Source: Chloroflexota bacterium
GTDB taxonomy: Bacteria > Chloroflexota > Limnocylindria > Limnocylindrales > Limnocylindraceae
Direction: 5' to 3'
Length of the DNA: 50,030 nt
Assembly (NCBI GenBank): GCA_026389555.1
Contig: JAPLHQ010000074.1
Coordinates: 1 to 50,030, forward strand
Shown: in pieces, positions 33,112 through 42,797 of the stretch
Numbering within the stretch: position 1 is the first letter of the stretch
Layout of the letters: each line of letters begins with the position of its first letter
Program-made: the position numbers and the translations under genes
Notes under the pieces: model-generated
Seen by the model: only the letters and a program-made list of their open reading frames with translations
The model's database searches: none
Told to the model about the DNA's origin: nothing

Positions 33112-35793
33112 GTGTCTAACGTGAAGTCGCTTCGCCAGCCCCTTGGCCCTGGCCTCCCCGACCGCATTGCTCTCGAACTGCTCCCAGCCCCGGCCACCTC
33201 ATGGGAGCGACTCCCCGTCATCCTGAAGATCCTCATTGAGGGTGCGGCTCGACGTGCCGGGAACGGATTTGTGCGCCCAGAAGATGTGGATGCTTACCTC
33301 GCATGGAAGCCTGGCGCGTCGGCGGCCGCAACCGGCGATGAGCGCGAACTCCCCTTCTCTCCTGCTCGCGTTGTCCTCCAGGATTTCACTGGCGTCCCAG
33401 CGGTCGTTGACCTTGCCGCGCTGCGCGATGCGGCGCGCGAGCTCGGCATCGATCCGGAGCGCATCAACCCACAGGTGCCCGCCGATCTCGTCATCGATCA
33501 CTCCGTGCAGATTGACCGATGGGCAACACCGGAGGCGCTCGAGCAGAACGTTGCGCGCGAATATGAGCGCAACGCGGAGCGCTACCAGCTCCTCCGTTGG
33601 GCGCAGGGGGCCTTCGATCGCTTCCGCGTTGTGCCGCCGGGCGCAGGAATCGTGCACCAGGTCAACCTTGAGAGCCTCGCCACCGTGGTGCGCGTTGAGG
33701 AGATTGATGGCGCACCACTCGCCTTCCCCGACACCTGCGTCGGCACCGACTCCCACACCACGATGATCTCAGGCCTCGGCGTGCTCGGCTTCGGTGTCGG
33801 CGGCATTGAGGCAGAGGCGGTACTGCTCGGCGAACCACTCTTCTCGCCACTCCCGAAGATCGTCGGCCTCAAGCTCACCGGCAAGTTGCCATCTGGAACC
33901 ACGGCCACCGACCTTGTCCTTACCGTCACCGAGCGGCTTCGCGCGCACGGGGTTGTTGGTGCGTATGTGGAGGCGTTCGGCGATGGGCTCGCCACCGTCT
34001 CGCTCGCCGACCGCGCAACGATTGCCAACATGTCGCCAGAGTTCGGTGCCACCACCACCCTCTTCCCAATCGACCAGATCACCCTCGACTACCTTCGTGT
34101 AACCGGTCGCGAAAGCGCGCAGATCGAACTGGTTGAGGCCTATGCAAAGGCACAGGGGCTCTGGCGCACCAGCGGACACGATCCGCTCTATGACGAAGTT
34201 GTGGAGATCAGCCTCAACGAGATCGTCCCCTCGCTCGCAGGACCGAAGCGACCACAAGATCGTGTCGCACTCCCGGATCTTGGTGCGGGGTTTGAACGAA
34301 CATACGCTGATCGCGCCGGATCAAAGGCGCACAGCGCCACGATAGGTGGAACCACGATGCGTGATGGTGCGGTGGCGATCGCAGCGATCACCTCCTGCAC
34401 CAACACCTCGAACCCATCGGTCATGATCGCCTCAGGCCTCCTCGCAAGGAACGCAGTGGCCCGAGGTATGCAGGTCCCAGCCTGGGTGAAGACGAGCCTC
34501 GCACCTGGATCACGCGTCGTCACCGCCTACCTTGAGCGCGCAGGCCTACTTGAACCACTCGCGGCGCTCGGCTTCAACGTTGCCGGCTACGGCTGCACCA
34601 CCTGCATCGGGAACTCTGGGCCGTTGGAGAGCGAGATCGCCGTCACCGTCGAGCGTGAAGATCTTCTCGTTGCCGCGGTGCTTTCGGGGAATCGAAACTT
34701 TGAGGGGCGTATTCACCCCGCCGTGCGCGCGGCATATCTCGCTTCACCGCCACTGGTTGTAGCGCTCGCGCTCGCTGGCAACGTGGTGACAAACCTTGAC
34801 GTGGATCCGATCGGCAACGATCGCAACGGCGCCGCAGTCTTCTTGCGTGACATCTGGCCGAGCGACGAAGAGATCGCAGCCGCCGTGGCGAAGGCGGCCG
34901 ACGCCTCGCTCTATCGCAGTAGCTACGCCGATCTCTTCGCCGGCGATGCGCGATGGCAGGGACTCAGCGTGCCAACCGGTCGCACCTACGCCTGGGATCC
35001 CGCCTCAACCTATATTGCGCGACCCGCCTTCACAGAGAGGATCCCCGCAACGGCTGCGCCAATCACCGACGTGAGCAACGCGCGCGCCCTCCTCCTCCTC
35101 GGCGACTCAGTCACCACCGACCACATCTCTCCCGCCGGTTCAATCCGCGCCGACTCCCCCGCCGGACGATGGATGATTGAGCGCGGGGTCAGCGTTGGCG
35201 ACTTCAATTCGTACGGCGCACGACGTGGCCATGACCAGGTGATGATGCGCGGCACCTTTGCAAACATCCGGCTCCGCAATGCACTCGCGGATGGCAAGGA
35301 GGGACCGATCACGAGCCACCTACCGAGCGGCGAACTGCTCGCCGTTGCCGATGCCGCCGCGCGTTATGCAGAGAGCGCCACGCCACTGGTGATCATTGCA
35401 GGGAAGGAGTACGGCTCCGGCTCCAGTCGTGACTGGGCGGCGAAGGGGACGCAAATGCTCGGAGTCCGCGCCGTCATCGCCGAATCATATGAGCGCATCC
35501 ATCGCTCCAACCTGATCGGGATGGGCATCCTGCCGTTGCAGTTCCTACCAGGTGAGAGCGCGACAAGCCACGCTCTCACCGGACGTGAGCGCTTCACGCT
35601 GCAAGGGCTTGCCACAGTCAGTCCGCGCGGGCGCATCCAACTGCACGTGGAGCAGAGTGGCGCCGGAGATGCTGCAACTGGCGAGCGACGCGCGATTGAA
35701 CTGATCGTCCGACTCGACGGGCCGATGGAGCTTGAGACCTACCGACAGGGAGGCATCATGCCGGCCGTGCTGCGGAGGATGGCGAAGCAGTAA
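33112..35793 (+). CDS. acnA: Aconitate hydratase A
   Basis: LQDFTGVPAVVDLA, IDHSVQ, GTDSHTT, Fe-S cysteines in SCTNTSN and GCTTCIGNSG, TTDHISPAG. Start placed at GTG 33112 after AGGAGG; the ORF track gives 33088. Confidence 0.96.
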   Translation: MSNVKSLRQPLGPGLPDRIALELLPAPATSWERLPVILKILIEGAARRAGNGFVRPEDVDAYLAWKPGASAAATGDERELPFSPARVVLQDFTGVPAVVDLAALRDAARELGIDPERINPQVPADLVIDHSVQIDRWATPEALEQNVAREYERNAERYQLLRWAQGAFDRFRVVPPGAGIVHQVNLESLATVVRVEEIDGAPLAFPDTCVGTDSHTTMISGLGVLGFGVGGIEAEAVLLGEPLFSPLPKIVGLKLTGKLPSGTTATDLVLTVTERLRAHGVVGAYVEAFGDGLATVSLADRATIANMSPEFGATTTLFPIDQITLDYLRVTGRESAQIELVEAYAKAQGLWRTSGHDPLYDEVVEISLNEIVPSLAGPKRPQDRVALPDLGAGFERTYADRAGSKAHSATIGGTTMRDGAVAIAAITSCTNTSNPSVMIASGLLARNAVARGMQVPAWVKTSLAPGSRVVTAYLERAGLLEPLAALGFNVAGYGCTTCIGNSGPLESEIAVTVEREDLLVAAVLSGNRNFEGRIHPAVRAAYLASPPLVVALALAGNVVTNLDVDPIGNDRNGAAVFLRDIWPSDEEIAAAVAKAADASLYRSSYADLFAGDARWQGLSVPTGRTYAWDPASTYIARPAFTERIPATAAPITDVSNARALLLLGDSVTTDHISPAGSIRADSPAGRWMIERGVSVGDFNSYGARRGHDQVMMRGTFANIRLRNALADGKEGPITSHLPSGELLAVADAAARYAESATPLVIIAGKEYGSGSSRDWAAKGTQMLGVRAVIAESYERIHRSNLIGMGILPLQFLPGESATSHALTGRERFTLQGLATVSPRGRIQLHVEQSGAGDAATGERRAIELIVRLDGPMELETYRQGGIMPAVLRRMAKQ

Positions 35794-35800
35794 CTGCGCG

Positions 35801-35877
<77 letters not shown>

Positions 35878-35918
35878 GAGGAGCGGATTCTAGACGACTC
35901 CTGATCCCCCTCGCGGAA

Positions 35919-36161
35919 TCAGAGAGCGCCGCGCAGAAACTGCAGCAGCACCATCACGAGGAGTGGTGATAAGTCGAGGCCACCCATCGCGGGGAGAACC
36001 CGCCGTACTGGCCCAAGGATCGGCTCGCTCAACTCAATGAGGAGTCGCGCGATCCGGCCACTCCCCGCCGGATCCACCCACGAGATCAGGACGCGCCCAA
36101 GGACAACGAACCAGAGCGTCTGGAGGACGAGGTCAGCGGCGAGTTGCGGCGTAAATCCCAT
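35919..36161 (-). CDS. yggT: YggT/YlmG family membrane protein
   Basis: RVLISWV...SEPILGPVRRVLP.MGGLDLSPL signature. Confidence 0.92.
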   Translation of the reverse strand: MGFTPQLAADLVLQTLWFVVLGRVLISWVDPAGSGRIARLLIELSEPILGPVRRVLPAMGGLDLSPLLVMVLLQFLRGAL

Positions 36162-36170
36162 AGCGAAAGC

Positions 36171-36890
36171 CTACCCGCGCGCCCCGAAGAGTGCGCTGCC
36201 AAGGCGCACCTGCGTCGCCCCCTCCTCAATTGCGACCTCAAAGTCGCCACTCATCCCCGCAGAGATGATCGGCCCAATCTGCAGCCCCTGCGCCGAGGCG
36301 GCCGCGCGAAGGTCGTGCGAGAAGGCGACGAAAGAGGAGAAGGTGCTCCGTGCCTCGGCAGCGTCGTTCGTGAGGCGGCCAACGGTGAGCAGCCCCTCAA
36401 TGGTGAACGGCGTGCCGTTGAGGACGGCGGCGATCTCTGGCAGGGCTGCCCGGAGCGCATCTGGCGTGAAGCCAGACTTTGCCGGATCTTCATCAATGTT
36501 TACTTGGAGGAGGACCTGGCGCGGAGCAGCATCTGCTCCGCCAAGTTCTGTAATGCGCGCAAGGAGCTCAACACGATCAACCGAACTGATGCGATCGGCG
36601 GCGGCGAGGGCTCGACGCACCTTATTACTCTGCAGTGGACCAATCAGATCCCAGCGCACCTGAACGCCGGGGCGCTGTTGGGCAACTGCCGCGCGCTTCT
36701 CCTCCAACTCTTGGACGCGATTCTCGCCGAAGGCACGCTGCCCAGCATCGATCGCCTCGGCGATACGCTCGGCGGAGACACCCTTGGTGACGGCGAGCAG
36801 TTCAACACCTCCCGCTGGGCGGTTGGCGCGCTGTTCGGCGGCGCGAACGCGGGCGTGGAGCGACGCTAACTGTTCAGCAAGCTGTGACAT
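36171..36890 (-). CDS. yggS: Pyridoxal phosphate homeostasis protein (YggS/YlmE)
   Basis: LLAVTK, FGENRVQE, IGPLQSNK and SAGMSGDFEVAIEEGATQVRLGSALFG. Confidence 0.95.
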   Translation of the reverse strand: MSQLAEQLASLHARVRAAEQRANRPAGGVELLAVTKGVSAERIAEAIDAGQRAFGENRVQELEEKRAAVAQQRPGVQVRWDLIGPLQSNKVRRALAAADRISSVDRVELLARITELGGADAAPRQVLLQVNIDEDPAKSGFTPDALRAALPEIAAVLNGTPFTIEGLLTVGRLTNDAAEARSTFSSFVAFSHDLRAAASAQGLQIGPIISAGMSGDFEVAIEEGATQVRLGSALFGARG

Positions 36891-36898
36891 CTACGGGA

Positions 36899-38137
36899 TT
36901 AGGAGCGGCGGCGAAGGAAGGCAGGGATCTCCAACTCATCACCAGCAACTGGGGCGGGGCTAATCCCCTCACCTTCCAAATGCGCCGCGATCGGCTCCTG
37001 TGAGACGGCTGGGTGCGTGCTCGGCGTCCAGGAAGGCGCAGGCGCTGCCTGGGCAGGTGTTGCGTATGGCGCTGCAGGGGTTGCTGAGGCGCCAGCACTC
37101 GGTGCCGACGCGCTCCAGTTCACGCTTCCGTCATCACGGCCGAACGGGAATTCGGTGCGGAGGCTTGCGGCACTCGCCGACTGGCTTCGTGCGTTACCAG
37201 CAAATCCAGTAGCGATCACGGTGATCTGCACCTCATCAGCGAGCGTCTCATCGAGCGAGGTGCCGAAGATGATGTTCGCCTCTGGATCAGCGCGCTCGGT
37301 GATGTGGTTGATCGCCTCGTTCACCTCATGCAACGTCACGGTGGATGAAGCGGCGACGTTGACGAGCACCCCTGTTGCCCCCTCGATATCAAGCTCAAGG
37401 AGTGGCGATGCGATCGCAAGCTCTGCTGCGGCGCGCGCGCGATTTTCACCACTAGCACGGCCGATCCCCATCAACGCAGATCCTGCGTCCTTCATGATGC
37501 TGCGCACATCGGCGAAGTCCAGGTTGATAATTCCAGGAACGGTGATGACGTCACTGACCCCCTGTACCGCCTGTCGAAGCACGTCATCAGCGATGCGGAA
37601 CGAATCTTCCATTGAGGTCTGGCGGCTCACAACGTTGAGGAGTCGCTCGTTTGGGATGACGATCATGGTGTCAACGTACTTGCGCAGCTCCTCCGCGGCG
37701 GCGTTCGCCACTGCGGCACGGCGCTTCCCTTCGAACTCGAAGGGCTTGGTGATGATGCCGATCGTCAGTGCACCGAGATCCTTTGCCACTTTCGCAACAA
37801 CAGGGGCAGCGCCTGAGCCGGTGCCACCACCCATACCGGCGGTAACGAAGACAAGGTCTGAGCCATCAAGCGCCTTGCGGAGATTCTCAAGGTCTTCTTG
37901 GGCGGCACGCTCGCCAACAACAGAGTCGCCGCCGGCACCAAGTCCACGGGAGATCGCATCACCAATACGGATGCGTGTGGGAGCGTGAGACTTAACCAGC
38001 GCTTGAGCGTCGGTGTTCACAGCGATGAACTCAACGCCGAGGAGTTCAGCTCGGATCATGCGATTCACAGCGTTGGAGCCGGCGCCGCCAACTCCTACGA
38101 CGCGGATTAGCGCAAAGTTCTCAGACTGCGAAGCCAT
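36899..38137 (-). CDS. ftsZ: Cell division protein FtsZ
   Basis: VVGVGGAGSNAVN, tubulin signature GMGGGTGSG, INLDFAD and C-terminal EIPAFLRR. Confidence 0.98.
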   Translation of the reverse strand: MASQSENFALIRVVGVGGAGSNAVNRMIRAELLGVEFIAVNTDAQALVKSHAPTRIRIGDAISRGLGAGGDSVVGERAAQEDLENLRKALDGSDLVFVTAGMGGGTGSGAAPVVAKVAKDLGALTIGIITKPFEFEGKRRAAVANAAAEELRKYVDTMIVIPNERLLNVVSRQTSMEDSFRIADDVLRQAVQGVSDVITVPGIINLDFADVRSIMKDAGSALMGIGRASGENRARAAAELAIASPLLELDIEGATGVLVNVAASSTVTLHEVNEAINHITERADPEANIIFGTSLDETLADEVQITVIATGFAGNARSQSASAASLRTEFPFGRDDGSVNWSASAPSAGASATPAAPYATPAQAAPAPSWTPSTHPAVSQEPIAAHLEGEGISPAPVAGDELEIPAFLRRRS

Positions 38138-38228
38138 CGGCCTCTCCCCTCCGCTCAACTACCGAACGTCGACCCGCACGTGAGGTCTCCCCCACAGTGT
38201 GCAGACCGCCCTCCCGTCGGTTCGTGGG

Positions 38229-38237
38229 ATTGTAGCA
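38229..38237 (-). promoter_or_regulatory. Putative extended -10 promoter element for ftsZ
   Basis: TGCTACAAT on the minus strand in the ftsA-ftsZ intergenic region. Confidence 0.5.
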
Positions 38238-38292
38238 GCGCAGCGGGATGCGTTGAAGAGGGAACTTCACTGGGGACGAGGGGGTCGCGGAG

Positions 38293-39531
38293 TTAGCCGC
38301 GAACGCGGGAGAAGAGACCCTTCAGCGCACCGCCGGCCCGACCGAGAATGCCCGCCTGGGGCTCTTCGGCGATCCCCGCCTCGTCAAGGCTGCGGGCGAC
38401 CCAGGAGAAGAGGCCAAGGATCGCGGCGTTCGACGGTCCATGAAAGTCGTCCAGGATGCCGAGGAGTGGCCCCTCTGGGGCGGCGACGCGGACAGGTGCC
38501 TTCAGGATGTCTCGGGCGAGGGCGGTGATCCCGTCGAGCTGCGCGCCGCCACCCGTTAGCACCACCCCAGCGCTTGTCGCCTCTGGGCCGGCCACGGCGA
38601 TCACACCAGCAATCAGTTCAAACATCTCGCTCATCCGTGACTCAATAATCCTGGCAAGTTCGATGCGCTCGATGCGGCGGCCGCCCGGCTCATCTGGCAC
38701 GGTGTACTGCTCGCTCACGCTCACGGTGCGCAGATCGCAGGTCCCGTAGTTCACCTTCAGCTCTTCGGCTGCGGCGAGGCTCGCCTTCAAGCCGATCGCA
38801 ACGTCTCGCGTGATGAAGGCGGCACCGATCGGGAGGACGGCGGTGTGGACCACGGCGTTGTTGTGGAAGATGGCGATATCGCAGGTCTCTGCGCCGATAT
38901 CTACGAGCACCGTGCCGAGCTCTCGCTCGGTGTCGGTGAGCGTCAGCTCAGCCGCAGCCAGCGACGATGGAACGTAATCATCCACGGCGATTCCCGCAGT
39001 CTGCACGCACTTCTCAAGGTTCTGGATCGCGGTGGCTCCCGCAGTAATCAGATGCGCGCGCGCCTCAAGCCGATAGGCGACCATACCGCGCGGCTGCTGG
39101 ATCCCCTCCTGGCCATCAACGATGTAGGAAGAAGGGAGGACGTGAAGCAACATGCGAGAGCCGGGGACCTGGATTGCGCGGCAGACCTCAAGGACGCGAT
39201 CGACATCGTCGTCGCGGATCTCACGATCAGGGTTTGCTACCGCAACCTGGCCGCTTGAGTTCTGCCCTTCAACGTGGCTACCAGAGACGGTGATTGCCGC
39301 ATGCTCAATGCGATAGCCGGAGAGTCGTTCAGCGGCGTCAACCGCCGCCTTAATCGCGGCGCCAGTCTTCTCGATATCGGTGACGACCCCCTTGCGCATC
39401 CCAGTGTTGGCGGAGGTTCCTTTCCCAATGACGGAGATCGAGCCGCCGTCGCCGCCGATATGCGCAATGGCACAGCTCACCTTGGAGGTGCCGATATCGA
39501 TTGCGGCAATCGTCGTGAATCGCTCATCCAT
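38293..39531 (-). CDS. ftsA: Cell division protein FtsA
   Basis: AIDIGTSKV, YIVDGQEGI, LVDIGAET and VVLTGGGAQL. GGGAGG SD before ATG 39531. Confidence 0.95.
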   Translation of the reverse strand: MDERFTTIAAIDIGTSKVSCAIAHIGGDGGSISVIGKGTSANTGMRKGVVTDIEKTGAAIKAAVDAAERLSGYRIEHAAITVSGSHVEGQNSSGQVAVANPDREIRDDDVDRVLEVCRAIQVPGSRMLLHVLPSSYIVDGQEGIQQPRGMVAYRLEARAHLITAGATAIQNLEKCVQTAGIAVDDYVPSSLAAAELTLTDTERELGTVLVDIGAETCDIAIFHNNAVVHTAVLPIGAAFITRDVAIGLKASLAAAEELKVNYGTCDLRTVSVSEQYTVPDEPGGRRIERIELARIIESRMSEMFELIAGVIAVAGPEATSAGVVLTGGGAQLDGITALARDILKAPVRVAAPEGPLLGILDDFHGPSNAAILGLFSWVARSLDEAGIAEEPQAGILGRAGGALKGLFSRVRG

Positions 39532-39651
39532 CGTTACGCCCTCCCTTGCCTGAGCCTTGCTCTCGTCCACCGATCATAGCGGCAGGAGCGCTTCGTGGGA
39601 CCTGTGCGGCGCGGGCGTCCATTCGGCCACCTGCAACCCAGCCGTCGTCGA

Positions 39652-40716
39652 TCATGGGGTAATCGGGCTTCCGCTTGGCGCGGCGCTTGGCGCGGCGCTC
39701 GGCTCTGGGCTCGCACCTGGCGGCGTAGGGGGTCGCACTCCTGGCTCCGTGAACGTTCCGGCCTGCCCATCGGCGAGGATTACCCAACCGATCCTGCGCT
39801 CGCGGCCGGTGAGGAGGCTGCGCAGAAGGCGCACCTGGCCTGGCAGCATCTCTGGTGGGCGAATCGTTGCGGAGTAGATCCCGAAGACCGCGTTCCAGGC
39901 GATCCCCTCCCCCTCACCCTGGAGAACGAATCCATACTGCGGATCAGCAACAAGGGTGAGTCGCGTCGCCGTGCTGCCAAGATCGGCGAGCGTCAGACTG
40001 GCGAGCCGCGTTGCAATGTCAACGTCGAGTGGGGCAATCACAACGCCAGGGAGCAGCGGGGGGCCGCTACGGAGGTCTTGCATCAGCGGGAGCTGCTCAA
40101 CCGCTGCGCGTCCAGCACTACTAAGGAGCGGTGACGTTGTTGATCCCAGCAGCTCGCCGCTCCCGCTCATCAGGTAGGTGACACCGCCGCTACTCCAGCG
40201 CAAGAGTGGAACCTCTTCGCGAATCTCTGCGCGAATCTCTCCAGGAAGTCCAATCCTCACGCGCGCTGAACCAATAAAGGGGATCTCGCTGAGCACCTGC
40301 TCAATGCCGCGTGGATCGCTCGTCAAGAGCCCGTCACCGAGCACGACGCCACTCGCCGCACGCACCGCACCCTCGTCGAGGAGCTGCAAACCGACGAGAC
40401 GAAGCGAGGTGATCGTGAAGGTGCCTGCTGAGGCGAGTGCTGGCGGAGCAAGCGTGGCGCCGATCACCAGCACGAGAACGGCGAGGCGCCGCAACGCACG
40501 TACCGTCTCTGGGCGGAGTCGCCTTCCCCCACTGCGTCGCCCCATAGGCACCGCTTCGCGCGCTACAGGTCGTAGCGCCGTCTCAACACCGGCACGTCGA
40601 CGTTGACCTGCGAGGCCGGGGCGCACACCGAGTGGCGCCTCACCTGGTCCGAACGGACGCGCACCACCACTACGGCGGGTAGGCTCGCTTCGCGCGCGAC
40701 GGTCGCGTTCGTTCAT
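39652..40716 (-). CDS. ftsQ: Cell division protein FtsQ/DivIB-like
   Basis: Basic cytoplasmic N-terminus, single TM helix and POTRA-like segment (IPFIGSARVRIGLPGEIRAEIRE). Lies between ddl and ftsA. Confidence 0.75.
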   Translation of the reverse strand: MNERDRRARSEPTRRSGGARPFGPGEAPLGVRPGLAGQRRRAGVETALRPVAREAVPMGRRSGGRRLRPETVRALRRLAVLVLVIGATLAPPALASAGTFTITSLRLVGLQLLDEGAVRAASGVVLGDGLLTSDPRGIEQVLSEIPFIGSARVRIGLPGEIRAEIREEVPLLRWSSGGVTYLMSGSGELLGSTTSPLLSSAGRAAVEQLPLMQDLRSGPPLLPGVVIAPLDVDIATRLASLTLADLGSTATRLTLVADPQYGFVLQGEGEGIAWNAVFGIYSATIRPPEMLPGQVRLLRSLLTGRERRIGWVILADGQAGTFTEPGVRPPTPPGASPEPSAAPSAAPSGSPITP

Positions 40717-41852
40717 GAAGCGCGTTGCGACTGCGCTGTAACCACAAGGTCCACGCAGAGATCGGAGAAGCTACAACCCGCAGCGGTGACGAGTGCAGGG
40801 AAGAGCGAGATTGGCGTAAAGCCCGGGAAGGTGTTGACTTCGGAGATGTACCAGCGCCCCGCCTCTGGGCCACTGGAGCGCATCAAAAAATCCATGCGGG
40901 CAAGGCCACGTCCGCCGAACGCGCCGAAGAGCTGCAGTGCGGCGGCGCGAAGCGGTTCGCTCACCGCATCTGATAGATCCGGCGCGGTGGTGGTGCGCGA
41001 GACGCCATCCGCGTACTTCGCGTCGTAGTCGTAAAACTCACGTCCAGGGAACACCTCACCCGGACCGTAGGCAACAACGCTGCCGTCAGCGCGCTCAAGG
41101 AGTGCGATCTCTAGCTCACGTGGTCTGGTGAGGTATGGCTCAAGGAGCGCAACATCTCCGTATTCGAGCGCAAGGTCAACGGCGAGGGGCCACTCCTCCG
41201 GAGTTCGCGCAATACGCATCCCAATGGAGGAGCCGTGTGCGACAGGCTTCCCAATCAGTGCACCCGCTTCGCTCTGCTCAGCCGCGAACGCTGCAATCTC
41301 TGTGAGAACCGCTGCGCGCGCCGTCTTCCAGCGCCCTGCGCTAATCAGCATGTGCGGCAACACTGGGATACCGAGTGAGGCGGCGAGATCCTTGAAGCGC
41401 GCCTTGTTCATGCCGAGTGCTGCAGCCCCGGGACGTGCCCCTACGAAGGCGACGCCCTTCGCGTCGAGGACCTGCTGGACATCGCCATCCTCATCGCCCG
41501 GCCCATGAAGTGCAGGGATGAACACGGCTCCTGGGTAGCGCTCGGACAACTCGTTGAGCAACTCGATCAGGGGGCGGAACGATGCGCCGACCAACGCTCG
41601 GGCGCGCTCCTCGTTGGTGTATTCGGTTGCTGCACGATCTCCACGAAGGTGGCCGTCTGGGAGGAGTGCAGCGAGACCACTGCGCAGGATGAGCAGTTGC
41701 GACACAGCGAGGCCTCGCTCCATGAGGGCGGCGGAGATGGCGCTTCCAGAGACAACGGAGATCTCCGCCTCAGCGCTACGGCCGCCGTAGAGGACAACCA
41801 CATGCGGGAGGGGCTGCGCGCCGCTCGGGGTTACCTCCGTCACGGCGTTCAC
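40713..41852 (-). CDS. ddl: D-alanine--D-alanine ligase
   Basis: YGGRSAEAEISVVSG, LHGPGDEDG, GSSIG, FYDYDAKY and EVNTFPGFT. Confidence 0.95.
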   Translation of the reverse strand: MNAVTEVTPSGAQPLPHVVVLYGGRSAEAEISVVSGSAISAALMERGLAVSQLLILRSGLAALLPDGHLRGDRAATEYTNEERARALVGASFRPLIELLNELSERYPGAVFIPALHGPGDEDGDVQQVLDAKGVAFVGARPGAAALGMNKARFKDLAASLGIPVLPHMLISAGRWKTARAAVLTEIAAFAAEQSEAGALIGKPVAHGSSIGMRIARTPEEWPLAVDLALEYGDVALLEPYLTRPRELEIALLERADGSVVAYGPGEVFPGREFYDYDAKYADGVSRTTTAPDLSDAVSEPLRAAALQLFGAFGGRGLARMDFLMRSSGPEAGRWYISEVNTFPGFTPISLFPALVTAAGCSFSDLCVDLVVTAQSQRAS

Positions 41853-42790
41853 TTCGCCCCCTCACCGAGGAAGACGATCTCTGACTCTAGGGTGATCCCC
41901 GCCGTGCGTTGCACCTCAGCAACGCAGAGTTCGTGTAGCTCGCGAATCTCTGCGGCGGTCGCACCCCCACGATTCAGGATCCAGTTGGCATGCATCGTAG
42001 AGATCTCGGCGCCACCGATCCGGCGCCCCTTCAGCCCCGCCGCCTCAATGAGTGCGCCCGCGCTCTGGTCGCCCGGCGGGTTACGGAAGACGCTCCCCGC
42101 GCTCGGAATGCCGAGTGGTTGGTGTTCTCGCCGCCAGCGTCGAATCTCCTCGAGCTGGCCGCGAATGAGTTCAGGATCGCCACGCTGCAGTTGGAACGTT
42201 GCACCAAGGATCACCTCGCCGCGACCAGCCTCGCCCTTGAATCGCGAACTTCGGTACGAAAGCTCCAGCGCTTCACGTGGCAGCTCCTCTTCACTCCCAT
42301 CGGCGTGCAAGATCGTGGCGCCCTGAATGATCTGCGCAATCTCGCCGCCGTGTGCGCCAGCGCTCGCCCAGACTGCGCCGCCAACGTTGCCAGGGATCGC
42401 CAGCGTGAACTCTGCGCCGGTGAGCCCCGCCTCAGCGGCGATCGTAGAGAGTTTCGCCATAGAGAGGCCAGAGTCGGCACTGACCACGCCTGTCGCAGCG
42501 TCAACGGTGGCCCCCGCACTTCGATTCAGGATGACCAGTCCGCGGATTCCTGCATCACTGATCACCACATTGCTGCCACGCCCGAGGATCGTCAGCGGCC
42601 AGCCACGGCTCTGTGCAAGACGCACTGCACCACGGAGGGTGAAGCGATCCCGGATAGTTGCGAGAAGATCTGCTGGCCCGCCAACCCGCATCGTGGTGTG
42701 CTCAGCAAGGGAGGCGTCACGTTCAGCACGAATGCCGAGACGGCGCTCGAGCTCGCGTCCCGCCTCGTCGCGTTCGCTCCAAACCGGCAT
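41849..42790 (-). CDS. murB: UDP-N-acetylenolpyruvoylglucosamine reductase
   Basis: HTTMRVGGPAD, LGRGSN, IPGNVGGA, SAGSVFRNP and HANWILN. Confidence 0.95.
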   Translation of the reverse strand: MPVWSERDEAGRELERRLGIRAERDASLAEHTTMRVGGPADLLATIRDRFTLRGAVRLAQSRGWPLTILGRGSNVVISDAGIRGLVILNRSAGATVDAATGVVSADSGLSMAKLSTIAAEAGLTGAEFTLAIPGNVGGAVWASAGAHGGEIAQIIQGATILHADGSEEELPREALELSYRSSRFKGEAGRGEVILGATFQLQRGDPELIRGQLEEIRRWRREHQPLGIPSAGSVFRNPPGDQSAGALIEAAGLKGRRIGGAEISTMHANWILNRGGATAAEIRELHELCVAEVQRTAGITLESEIVFLGEGAK

Positions 42791-42797
42791 TACGCTC

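Noticed and set aside
39670-39710. 12-bp tandem repeat CTTGGCGCGGCG near the ftsQ 3' end
   Set aside because: It only encodes a low-complexity PSAAPSAAPS tail, has two copies, and is not CRISPR- or REP-like.
40990-41050. Ddl as a D-Ala-D-Lac ligase
   Set aside because: The omega-loop FYDYDAKY has the Tyr typical of D-Ala-D-Ala ligases.
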